Origin: an uncultured bacterium
GTDB taxonomy: Bacteria > Patescibacteriota > Minisyncoccia > UBA6257 > 2-01-FULL-56-20
Length of the DNA: 64,000 nt
Direction: 5' to 3'
Assembly: GCA_963705915.1 (NCBI GenBank)
Contig: OY970126.1
Span: forward strand, 10,035 to 74,034
A program made the translations under genes and the position numbers. The notes under the pieces were generated by a model. That model was not told where the DNA came from, searched no databases, and saw only the letters and a program-made list of their open reading frames with translations. Below are positions 9,418-18,230 of this stretch, in pieces (position 1 is the first letter of the stretch; each line of letters begins with the position of its first letter).

Positions 9418-9894
9418 CTATTTGACTGCCACTGCCAGTGCAGTTGTTTGCGTGCTTGTGCCCGCCGTTTGCGCAACGCTCGGTCCCGGGGGGATCACGA
9501 CGATCTCCGCGCGATGCACGCCGAAGACGATCGCTTTGCCGACCGAAGGCATCCAGATGTCCACCGAATTTTTGAAGTACGGCGCCATCCGGTCTTCAAC
9601 GGTGAAGACTTTGTTGCCAAAGAGGCTTGGGATCATGACCTCCGTGCCGAACGGCAGGAAGTTGGCTGCGATGATGCCGTTGTGGACCACCGTGCCATTC
9701 GCCGTGATGAACGGCGTACTGTCGGTCTCATCCGCGACGCTCGCATAGGCTGTAATGCGCACATTGAGCGTTGTCGGCGCTCCCGGCACATCGCCGGGGG
9801 TGGTTGGGCCTGAACCTGCTTTGGTGACCGCAAAGGGGAGCAAATATCCTGCAATGGAAAGGAGCGCTGCAATCACTACGATTTTCTTTTTCAT
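9418..9894 (-). CDS. Exported 3D-domain (MltA-like) cell wall protein
   Basis: Signal peptide; ITAYAS...TDSTPFITANG, LPFGT, VEDR, VDIW. Confidence 0.9.
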   Translation of the reverse strand: MKKKIVVIAALLSIAGYLLPFAVTKAGSGPTTPGDVPGAPTTLNVRITAYASVADETDSTPFITANGTVVHNGIIAANFLPFGTEVMIPSLFGNKVFTVEDRMAPYFKNSVDIWMPSVGKAIVFGVHRAEIVVIPPGPSVAQTAGTSTQTTALAVAVK

Positions 9895-9990
9895 AATAAG
9901 GGTAAGAAAAGCGATATGGGCCGTTCACGCGGGCTTCCAACAAAAACGCCCCTCTCGGGGCTATACCATACCGTATTTAATTACCGGGTA

Positions 9991-10019
9991 ATTCTAGCGC
10001 GGTTTGGCCAGGAAGTCAA
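9991..10019 (-). promoter_or_regulatory. Sigma70 promoter of the 3D-domain gene
   Basis: TTGACT-17 bp-TAGAAT on the minus strand. Confidence 0.7.
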
Positions 10020-10047
10020 TATGGCCCTGGATAGGCCGTAAAATATG

Positions 10048-10156
10048 CCTAAAAACGAGCAAAAACAGGGGTTCTAGCCGGAGGGAAACGAAACCTCCGA
10101 AGAGATTTCCCGACTAAGGCCCCTGCTTCTGACCGCTTTTTAGGGAGCTAAAATGT
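10048..10156 (-). ncRNA. Candidate structured small RNA (rod-like, cUUCGg cap)
   Basis: Nested helices using G-U pairs on the minus strand; extended -10 TGCTATCAT at 10163-10171. Confidence 0.5.
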
Positions 10157-10188
10157 GCCCGGATGATAGCAAATTAGCCAAAAAAAAG

Positions 10189-10215
10189 AAAGCCGCAGGG
10201 TTGGTGCGGCTTTTT
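10189..10215 (-). terminator. Intrinsic terminator
   Basis: AAAGCCGCA...TGCGGCTTT hairpin with T-tracts. Confidence 0.75.
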
Positions 10216-10235
10216 GGGGAGGGACTACTCAGGCG

Positions 10236-10739
10236 TCAGCGGGAGAAGGTGACATGCTTGATTTCCCAAGCTTGCGGTGGCTTCTTGATCCACTTTTGGC
10301 CCATGTGCTTCCGGATCTTTTTGAGATCCTGGATGTCTTTTACGAGCTGGGAATCTTCGTCGAAATAGGAGACGACGATCCTTCGGTAAGGGTTCTCTGC
10401 GGTGAGGACGATATCCCGTCCTTTGATCGAGAGGTCTGCTTCATCCACCATCTTCATGGAGGCTTGGGAGTTCATCTTGAGGTCGGGGTAGAGACTCAAC
10501 CTATCCAAGTGCCTCCGGAGATCTTCGCGGACGCGCCGATCCTTTTCCACGTAGCGACCTTCGCGGAGATTGTCGTAGGTGCCGGCGTTCTGCGCGAGGT
10601 TTTGCTCGCTTGCCCCGATGCCGAGCGTTTCCCGCTCGAATATATCGTAGCGTAGCTGTAGCACATGGCGAGCAGCCAAGACCACGAGAGCGGCCGTGAA
10701 CATCATGAGCAATACCATAGTGTAAGACATATCGAACAC
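10236..10739 (-). CDS. Hypothetical protein with N-terminal TM helix
   Basis: ORF with GAGGAG upstream and a downstream terminator. Confidence 0.65.
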   Translation of the reverse strand: MFDMSYTMVLLMMFTAALVVLAARHVLQLRYDIFERETLGIGASEQNLAQNAGTYDNLREGRYVEKDRRVREDLRRHLDRLSLYPDLKMNSQASMKMVDEADLSIKGRDIVLTAENPYRRIVVSYFDEDSQLVKDIQDLKKIRKHMGQKWIKKPPQAWEIKHVTFSR

Positions 10740-10799
10740 TCCTCTATTATTGAGATGTGATATCCGTGGTTCTGAGGTTATTATAACCTAAAAAATAGA

Positions 10800-11285
10800 T
10801 TATTGCAAGGGGGCGGATTTTCGCTTTGCAAGCCACTCGTGGAGGATGAGGCCGATGAGGATAACGTCGAAGACGGTGAGGAGGATGATGAGGAGTGAGT
10901 GGAAATAAACGTAGCTGTAGATCTGATAGAAGGCGAGGGCGCCAAAGACTGCTGCGGCGGCGGGGTAGGCCCAGAGTTTTCCGTAGTATATGGCGATGAG
11001 GGCAGCGATCTTCGCGATGCTGTGAGATACGAGGATGAACGCCCAGAACGATTGCGCCGGGCCGAGGAATGATTGGTAGCCCTGGATGAATAATCCCCAA
11101 AGAAGATCGCGCGGCTGCTCGTTCATTTCTCCGCCGATAAAGAACGCAAGCAAGCCGTTCAAGCTCGCCGCGCTCATCACATACAAAAGGACGCCTCCGA
11201 TGAGTTCAATCACGGTGAGGACCGCTTTGATCCACATCCCTATGTCAAAAAGGAGGTGGTAGCGTTTTTCGGTGAGGGCGGGCAT
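10800..11285 (-). CDS. DUF2127-like membrane protein
   Basis: FDIGMWIKA..ELIGG, KLWAYP, LTVFD..I..L..HEW; start moved to ATG 11285. Confidence 0.8.
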   Translation of the reverse strand: MPALTEKRYHLLFDIGMWIKAVLTVIELIGGVLLYVMSAASLNGLLAFFIGGEMNEQPRDLLWGLFIQGYQSFLGPAQSFWAFILVSHSIAKIAALIAIYYGKLWAYPAAAAVFGALAFYQIYSYVYFHSLLIILLTVFDVILIGLILHEWLAKRKSAPLQ

Positions 11286-11500
11286 TATTTTTCGTGTCGC
11301 AGGATATTCCAAATAAAGAACGAAATCATGGAAACTGCGAATGACAGGGAGCCAAACGTATCTTCGCGCGGCCAATCAACGAAGTGGGTAAGTGGCATGG
11401 ACAGCGTCCAGGGGTGTATGGCCGAATTCAAAACAATATAAAGCCAGCCCAGGAGGCCGAAGACGAATAACGTAAGAAATAATGACTGCCAGATTTTCAT
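11285..11500 (-). CDS. Small membrane protein
   Basis: Two hydrophobic helices; stop abuts the next start. Confidence 0.65.
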   Translation of the reverse strand: MKIWQSLFLTLFVFGLLGWLYIVLNSAIHPWTLSMPLTHFVDWPREDTFGSLSFAVSMISFFIWNILRHEK

Positions 11501-11592
11501 AGAGTCATTATACATGACGTAGCGATAAATGTTCTATTTCTGGACATTTTACGTATTATCTGTTATATTTTGTGCTTCATATATCAACTCAC

Positions 11593-12918
11593 ATGAGCAA
11601 AAAAATCTGCATCGTGGGCGCGGGCCTCGTGGGATCACTTATGGCTATTTTTTTGGCCGAAGCCGGATTTAACGTTGATGTTTACGAGAAAAGAAAGGAC
11701 CCGACAAAAGACACAAAAACCCGGGGCCGTTCGATCGGATTATCACTTTCCGACCGCGGATGGAAAGCATTGCGCCAAGCTGGCTTGGAAAAAGAAATTA
11801 AGGCACACACCCAGCCTGCGTACGCTCGCGTGGTCCATGAAGAAGACGGAACAACCGTCACGCAATTCTATGGCGATGGCTCTCAGGCAATCTATACGGT
11901 GAACCGAAATTATTTGAATGCCACGCTCATCAAGAAAGCTGCGTCGACCGGCCGAGTTTCGTTCTTCTTTGAACAAGGCAAAGGAAACCTTTCAGACCTT
12001 AAAGACTACGACCACGTGATTGCCGCAGATGGTGTGTTTTCTGAACTCCGCAGCGCGCTGTTTGATGAAGGTGCATTCGAAACATCGCTACTCAGCTTTG
12101 GATACAAGGAGCTGTGCATACCATCAAAGCCAGGGGAGGCGCACGCGCTCAATAAGGAACGTATCCATGTGTGGCCGAGAAAAAATTCTTTCCTCATTGC
12201 GTTCCCCACCATTGAGGGTGAATTTGTTTCAACGCTCTTTCTCCCTGCGGCCGGGCCCGATTCGCTTGAGGCAATAACCACAAAGAAGCAGCTGATGGAT
12301 TTCTTTGCACGGGAATATAAAGAGGTGATCGATCTCGTGCCAAACCTTGAAAAGGAATTTTTCCATAATCCTTTTTCCACAATCACCGAGGTGCAAGGCG
12401 GTCCCTGGAATTTCCAAGATCGCGTGCTCTTTTTAGGAGATGCTGTTCATGCCATAACACCGTTCTATGGTATGGGCATGAACATCGGCTTCGAAGACTG
12501 CACAGTATTTATGGACCATCTCGAGAAAAATAAATTTGATTTTGGGAAAACCTTCAAAGAATTTACCGCCATCCGCAAGCCAGACACCGATGCCATGCGA
12601 GAGCTTTCGTTCAAGAATTTTAAGAGCATCGAGGAAAGCCCCGATCCCTTATATCAAACCAAGTGGCACCTTGAGCGGAGGATTTGGAAGCTTTTTCCGA
12701 ACCAATGGATGCCAGCGTATCCACTCATCACGCTTTCCGAAGTCCCGCTGCGCGTGGTGCCGGAGATCAAAGATCGGCAAGATAGGATCATCGATGAACT
12801 CGTCCGCGACATGCCAGGCATTGGCGAGATTGGTGATAAAGAATTGAAAGATGTGGTGCTGGGGAAGATGAAGGAATACTTGCCCGCCACCAAACTCTAT
12901 GATATACAGAAAATCTAA
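11593..12918 (+). CDS. kmo: Kynurenine 3-monooxygenase-like FAD monooxygenase
   Basis: GAGLVG, GRSIGLSLSDRG, ADGVFS, HVWPR, GDAVHAITPFYGMGMNIGFED. Confidence 0.8.
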   Translation: MSKKICIVGAGLVGSLMAIFLAEAGFNVDVYEKRKDPTKDTKTRGRSIGLSLSDRGWKALRQAGLEKEIKAHTQPAYARVVHEEDGTTVTQFYGDGSQAIYTVNRNYLNATLIKKAASTGRVSFFFEQGKGNLSDLKDYDHVIAADGVFSELRSALFDEGAFETSLLSFGYKELCIPSKPGEAHALNKERIHVWPRKNSFLIAFPTIEGEFVSTLFLPAAGPDSLEAITTKKQLMDFFAREYKEVIDLVPNLEKEFFHNPFSTITEVQGGPWNFQDRVLFLGDAVHAITPFYGMGMNIGFEDCTVFMDHLEKNKFDFGKTFKEFTAIRKPDTDAMRELSFKNFKSIEESPDPLYQTKWHLERRIWKLFPNQWMPAYPLITLSEVPLRVVPEIKDRQDRIIDELVRDMPGIGEIGDKELKDVVLGKMKEYLPATKLYDIQKI

Positions 12919-12941
12919 ACTAAAGACGGATAATATAAAAC

Positions 12942-13934
12942 ATGAAGAGGATACTTATCACTGGGGGAGCTGGCTTTATTGGTCATCATTTTGTTGATTA
13001 TCTTTTGCGAAACACAGACTGGGAAATTGTTTTGCTCGAACGACTGAGTCATTCTGGTAATCTTAACCGCATATCGCAGCTCGACTCATATAAGGCTAAT
13101 CCTGATCGTGTCACTGTGATTCATCACGATCTTCGTTCCCCGGTCAATCAATATGTTACAAAAGGCATTGGCGACGTCCAATACATCGTACACTTCGCCG
13201 CATCTACGCATGTCGACCGGTCGATTGAGGATCCTATGTCGTTCGTGCTCGACAATGTAGTCGGTACCACGAATTTGCTTCAATTTGCACGAACCTTACC
13301 CCATCTTCAGTTAATGGTGAATTTCAGCACTGATGAGGTATTCGGCCCTGCGCCCGCAGGCGTGTACCATAAAGAAGATGCACCACACCATCCTTCAAAT
13401 GCCTATTCTGCAACGAAAAGCGGGCAGGAAAAAATAGCAGAAGCATTTTTTGTGACTTATAAATTTCCCGTGATTAATACGCATACGATGAATAATTTTG
13501 GCGAACGGCAGCATTCAGAAAAATTCATCCCGAAGCTTGTGAAAAATATTTTAGAAGGCAAGCCAATGCCGATCTATGCGACGGTAGAAAATGGCGTTGT
13601 GAAGGATATCGGTAGTCGCGTGTGGATGTATGCCCAGAATACGGCTGACGCGATTTATTTTTTGCTTCAAAATGCGACAGCAGGAGAGGAATATAATGTC
13701 ATCGGATTTGATGAGCTTAATTTGATTCAACTTGGCGACATGATAGCGGAAATTATTGGAAAGCCCCTTATAAAAGAATACGTTGGCTTCTATGGTGCGC
13801 GACCTGGTCACGATCGACGCTATGCACTCGACGGCACTAAGATGAAAAACCTTGGATGGAATCCGCCATCAAATCTTAAGGAGTCTTTGGAGAAAACGGT
13901 CAAATTTACCGTTGATCATCCAGAATGGCGATAA
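12942..13934 (+). CDS. rmlB: dTDP-glucose 4,6-dehydratase
   Basis: TGGAGFIG, HVDRSI, STDEV, YSATK, RPGHDRRY. Confidence 0.9.
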   Translation: MKRILITGGAGFIGHHFVDYLLRNTDWEIVLLERLSHSGNLNRISQLDSYKANPDRVTVIHHDLRSPVNQYVTKGIGDVQYIVHFAASTHVDRSIEDPMSFVLDNVVGTTNLLQFARTLPHLQLMVNFSTDEVFGPAPAGVYHKEDAPHHPSNAYSATKSGQEKIAEAFFVTYKFPVINTHTMNNFGERQHSEKFIPKLVKNILEGKPMPIYATVENGVVKDIGSRVWMYAQNTADAIYFLLQNATAGEEYNVIGFDELNLIQLGDMIAEIIGKPLIKEYVGFYGARPGHDRRYALDGTKMKNLGWNPPSNLKESLEKTVKFTVDHPEWR

Positions 13935-14641
13935 AGGGCATCATCCTTGCGGGAGGATTGGGAACGCGTTTGCGGCCCCTGACTTACATTACCAATAAAC
14001 ACTTGCTTCCGATTTATAACAAGCCGATGATATTGTATCCGCTTGAAACGCTGAAACAGGCTGGCGTGACCGAAATCATGATCGTTTGTGGCAAGGAGCA
14101 CGGCGGAGGATTTATGAATTTTTTAGGATCCGGGAAAGATTACGGGCTAAAACTCTCTTATGCTTTACAGAACGGTTCCGGCGGGATTGCGGAAGCGCTC
14201 TCGCTTGCCGAGGATTTCGCAGCTAACTCAAAAGTCGCTGTCATTTTGGGCGACAATATTTACGAAGATAACTTTGTAGAGCACTTTTCAAAATTTGAGA
14301 AAGCTTCAGGAGCTATGGTTTTTTTGAAGCAGGTCGCTGATGCAAATCGCTTTGGTGTTGCCGAAGTGAGTGGCGAAAAAATCATCAAAGTTGAGGAAAA
14401 GCCTAAAACGCCAAAATCCAATTTGGCAGTCACTGGAATCTATCTCTACGACCCGGATGTATTCCAGAAAATCAAAACGTTGAAGCCTTCGGGGCGTGGG
14501 GAGCTTGAAATAACGGACATTCAAAATCTCTATATTAAGGAAGGAAAATTAAGTTTTGTTGAAGTCAGAGGATTTTGGTCTGACGCTGGGACGTTCGAAT
14601 CACTCTTAAGAACTGCAAATTGGATCGCTAAGAAAGATTAG
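13925..14641 (+). CDS. rmlA: Glucose-1-phosphate thymidylyltransferase (short RmlA/SpsI type)
   Basis: ILAGGLGTRLRPLT, LGDN, EEKP, RGELEITD, WSDAGT. Confidence 0.9.
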   Translation: MAIKGIILAGGLGTRLRPLTYITNKHLLPIYNKPMILYPLETLKQAGVTEIMIVCGKEHGGGFMNFLGSGKDYGLKLSYALQNGSGGIAEALSLAEDFAANSKVAVILGDNIYEDNFVEHFSKFEKASGAMVFLKQVADANRFGVAEVSGEKIIKVEEKPKTPKSNLAVTGIYLYDPDVFQKIKTLKPSGRGELEITDIQNLYIKEGKLSFVEVRGFWSDAGTFESLLRTANWIAKKD

Positions 14642-15975
14642 TTAGTAGGTTCAATGAGGTTTTTGAGGGTGGTATAGGCGGGCTTAGGAGTACCATCATA
14701 GCGAAGAAGACCGAAAAAGTTTTCGTTAGTGATTGTTGATGTCCCAAGGTCCTGATAGCTGTACCAGAAAAAGGGTCCGGCCCACGGTAGTTGTTCAACC
14801 GAAGTTACTGCTTCGGAAAGCATTTGTGCTTGTAGAGCCTCAGTTACATGATCAGGCATTCCAGAGAAATTCGCTAAACTTCCATCGGTTGCCAGCGGCC
14901 CTGGTCCTCCAGTTGGTGCTCCGTATTCTGTGAGCCAAACTTTTTTTGCCGCGTCGCCATTCGCGAGCATAATACCCCTGATACTTTCAGGTGTGCTCGC
15001 CATTTGCGACCACGCGTTCCAAGGTTGGTAATTTAACGGTAGAGCTGGGAATGAATAAGGATGATCTCCGACGGCGTCAAAATAATTTTTCCCTCCATCT
15101 GCGTAGACGTCGGTCAAAAAATCCAACGGAGCGATGTTGCCATTGCTCGTTGCTGACGGCCCGAGACCTCCTGTTATAACTGTCGACGATGGCTCTACGC
15201 TTTTTATGGCTGCGTAAGTATCTTGAAGAAGTGTCGTATAGGCAGCCGGACTAGGCATGGGCTGCCATGATTCGGTTAAGTTCGGTTCATTCCATATTTC
15301 CCAAGCTGTAATTCCTTCTTGTCCGTAACGTTGGGCGGCCGCCTTGGCGAAAGCTGCAAAGTTTGCTGGATTACTTGGCGCACAGTTATAAGAATAACAG
15401 CCTGCTGGTCTTGCCCATGCTGGTGTATAATGCAATATCGCCAAGATTTTTAGATTCCTTGCATTTGCTGCTGCGACGATTGTATCGAAGAAGCCCCAAT
15501 TGTAATGAGCGCTGTCGGTCGGTTGAACGCCGCTCCACGGCAAGTCAACTCGTATCCAGCCGATGCCTAACGATGTAATATCGCTGAGTTCTTCACCAGG
15601 ATCACTTACGGCCATGAGATCGTCCGTCGCTATACCAAATTGATAGTTCAAACTGCTGCTGGCTGGGGTTATGATAGGAGCGGATGAAGTCGGGATACTC
15701 GTTGTTGGGGTGCTGATCGGTTGCGGATTGTCAATCGGAGGCAATATTGGAGAGATAGGAGGAGTCGTTGTTTGCTCACTTGTTGTACTCACCTGAGTAG
15801 AAGTGGCTTGAGTCGAAGACGAGTTGTTCGGTAGGGTGGTATTTGAATTATTGGAATTGGAACCATTCCAATCGATAGCCAAGCTTACCAAGCCCACTAT
15901 CAATATCGTTATTAACAATAAAAGAATCGCTCGCTGCGTATGCTTTTTTTGATCAGAAATGTATTTTGGTGACAT
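14638..15975 (-). CDS. Membrane-anchored clan GH-A glycoside hydrolase (GH5/GH39-like)
   Basis: TM anchor, S/T/P linker, WEIWNEPN and WLTEYG catalytic motifs. Confidence 0.85.
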   Translation of the reverse strand: MSPKYISDQKKHTQRAILLLLITILIVGLVSLAIDWNGSNSNNSNTTLPNNSSSTQATSTQVSTTSEQTTTPPISPILPPIDNPQPISTPTTSIPTSSAPIITPASSSLNYQFGIATDDLMAVSDPGEELSDITSLGIGWIRVDLPWSGVQPTDSAHYNWGFFDTIVAAANARNLKILAILHYTPAWARPAGCYSYNCAPSNPANFAAFAKAAAQRYGQEGITAWEIWNEPNLTESWQPMPSPAAYTTLLQDTYAAIKSVEPSSTVITGGLGPSATSNGNIAPLDFLTDVYADGGKNYFDAVGDHPYSFPALPLNYQPWNAWSQMASTPESIRGIMLANGDAAKKVWLTEYGAPTGGPGPLATDGSLANFSGMPDHVTEALQAQMLSEAVTSVEQLPWAGPFFWYSYQDLGTSTITNENFFGLLRYDGTPKPAYTTLKNLIEPTN

Positions 15976-16005
15976 AGACTCAATGAGCCCATGATACCAA
16001 ATGAA

Positions 16006-18180
16006 TTACAATCCTTGCAAAAGTAAACTCTTCATCGTTTGGTAAGCCGGCTTAGTGGTTCCATCGTAGCGAATCAAACCAAAAAAGTTTTGATTCGTGC
16101 TCGTGGAGGTTCCGAGGTCTTTATAGCTAAACCAGAACATCGGACCAGCCCAGCTATCTTGGCTAATTGAGGTGACTGCATCAGAAAGCATTTGACTCTG
16201 TAGTGCTTCTGTAACGTGATCGGGCATACCCGGGAAGCTATTTCCAGTGCCATCCGATGCGATATTTCCTGGACCACCGGTTGGTGCTCCGTATTCTGTA
16301 AGCCAGATCCGTTTGGTGGTATCGCCATTCGCAATCATGACACTCCGCAAGCTCGGTGTCGTTGCTGACATCTGCGACCATGCATTCCATGTTTGGAAAT
16401 TACTTGGGAGTGCGGGGAATGAATAAGGATGGAAACCTAAGGCGTCAAAGTAGGGCTCTGCGCCAGCCGCATACATTTGCGTTAAGAAAGTAATCGGGGC
16501 AATATCGCCACCCGTACTCGTTGCCGGAGCCAATCCACCGGATATTATGCCGGCAGCAGGATAAGCAGTTTTTATAGCCTTATAGCTATCTTTAAGGAGC
16601 GTCGTGTAGGCAGTGGCGCTTGCGGCCGGTTCCCATGAACCTGCCAGGTTTGGTTCATTCCAAATTTCCCAATCGATGACTCCTTTTGGAAAATATCTTG
16701 CAACCGCTGTTTCTGCGAAGTTGGCGAATTGTTGAGGGTTGACCGGCGGACATCGATCATCTTGAGCTGTACAATTGGGTGACATTGCCCATGATGGAGT
16801 GTAATCGACAACTGGTAGCGCTCTCAGCCCATGAGCGTTGAGTGCTGCAATAAAGCTATCAACGTAGCCCCAATTATAGGTTGACGAGTTATTAGGTTGG
16901 ACATGGTCCCACTGTATGTCGAACCGAACCCATCCAATGTCGAGCGATACGATGTCGTTAAGGTCATAGTTCAATGTAGCACTGCTCAATCCCATCAAAT
17001 TCTCACCGACTGATATGCCAAACCTGAGGTTTAGTCCGTTTTGTTGAGTAGTCACAATCACCGAACTTGAGATGGGAGAAGTATTTCCCGCTGCATCATA
17101 AGCAGAAACTGCAAATGAAAAAGTGGTACTTGGGGTAAGTCCCGCATCAGTAAAAGACGCCTCTGTAACGGTGCCGATACTGCTGCTTCCTTGATAAACA
17201 TTGTAACCAGCAACACCCACGTTATCTGTTGACGGAGTCCACGATAACGAAACAGAGGAAGTAGTGATTTTTACAATTGATGGCTCCCCAGGTGTCGAAG
17301 GGGGAGTCGTATCAGGAGGAGGCGGAGGACTGCCACCACCCCCACCCCCACCTCCACCTCCACCGCCCCCGCCCCCGCCCCCGCCTGAATAACCTCCACC
17401 CCCTCCGTATTGAGGAGTACTGTTAATAATTGTGATTTGCGAAGAAGACGCTGTCGAAGAAGGCGTAGAGACGGTTGTCGAATTCAGATCTGAATTTTCT
17501 GAAGGTAAAGAAGAATCCGTTTGCGCTTCTGTGTTCAGGCGCTCCATCTCCGCCCGACTTAGTGGTCCAAAGAAACCTGTTTGTGGAAGATCGTTTGTAC
17601 CTTGCCATTCTAAAACCGCGTTTGCGGTCATCTCTCCAAAAAATCCTGTCGGCTTAGTAAGCGAAAGATAATCATTCGCAATAAAAAATGATTGAAGTAT
17701 CGTTACATCCACACCGGAGTCGCCAATGGTGAGGTTGCGGGGATAGATATAACCGGTCGACGATGCGAAAGAGGCGACTGAAGTCGTCGTTCCTACTGAG
17801 GCTGTAGATATGGAGGTCGGCGTCTCTACGCCCGCAGTTTCATCGCCAGTGATTGCGGCGCGGCTCAACGGTCCAAAAAATCCTGTTGCAGGAAGCCCAT
17901 TCGATCCTTGCCATCCCGAAAGTGCGATTGCTGTGAGAGGGCCAAAAAATCCTGTCGGGTTTGGTACGTTAAGAAAGCCTTGTTTAATAAGGAAAGATTG
18001 TAGAGCGGATACATCTGCTCCGGTGCTTCCGACGGTGAGATTTCGTGTATATTCTTCTGAATTTGCTGCTGTCTGGGCTTTGGCTGAATAAAGTGGCAGA
18101 ATAGCAGTAATGGTAAGTGCTCCGATGAATAACAGAAAAACTGGGCGGAGCGTCCCTATGCTTCGGTTGCGTATACTCAT
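16006..18180 (-). CDS. Secreted modular glycoside hydrolase: 2 peptidoglycan-binding modules + Gly linker + Fn3 + GH5/GH39-like domain
   Basis: LTVGS.G.DV..LQ / TGFFGPLT repeats, DTTPPSTP...STDNVGV Fn3, WEIWNEPN, WLTEYG. Confidence 0.88.
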   Translation of the reverse strand: MSIRNRSIGTLRPVFLLFIGALTITAILPLYSAKAQTAANSEEYTRNLTVGSTGADVSALQSFLIKQGFLNVPNPTGFFGPLTAIALSGWQGSNGLPATGFFGPLSRAAITGDETAGVETPTSISTASVGTTTSVASFASSTGYIYPRNLTIGDSGVDVTILQSFFIANDYLSLTKPTGFFGEMTANAVLEWQGTNDLPQTGFFGPLSRAEMERLNTEAQTDSSLPSENSDLNSTTVSTPSSTASSSQITIINSTPQYGGGGGYSGGGGGGGGGGGGGGGGGGSPPPPPDTTPPSTPGEPSIVKITTSSVSLSWTPSTDNVGVAGYNVYQGSSSIGTVTEASFTDAGLTPSTTFSFAVSAYDAAGNTSPISSSVIVTTQQNGLNLRFGISVGENLMGLSSATLNYDLNDIVSLDIGWVRFDIQWDHVQPNNSSTYNWGYVDSFIAALNAHGLRALPVVDYTPSWAMSPNCTAQDDRCPPVNPQQFANFAETAVARYFPKGVIDWEIWNEPNLAGSWEPAASATAYTTLLKDSYKAIKTAYPAAGIISGGLAPATSTGGDIAPITFLTQMYAAGAEPYFDALGFHPYSFPALPSNFQTWNAWSQMSATTPSLRSVMIANGDTTKRIWLTEYGAPTGGPGNIASDGTGNSFPGMPDHVTEALQSQMLSDAVTSISQDSWAGPMFWFSYKDLGTSTSTNQNFFGLIRYDGTTKPAYQTMKSLLLQGL
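17330..17406 (-). repeat. Poly-Gly low-complexity linker
   Basis: Long run of GGN codons. Confidence 0.9.
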
Positions 18181-18230
18181 ATAGAGGAAGGTCGATAATT
18201 ACTACTAGTAATTATAAACGATTCTTTCGT

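Noticed and set aside
14638-17040. Diversity-generating retroelement template/variable repeat pair
   Set aside because: Differences between the GH paralogues are not adenine-specific, and no reverse transcriptase is in the window.
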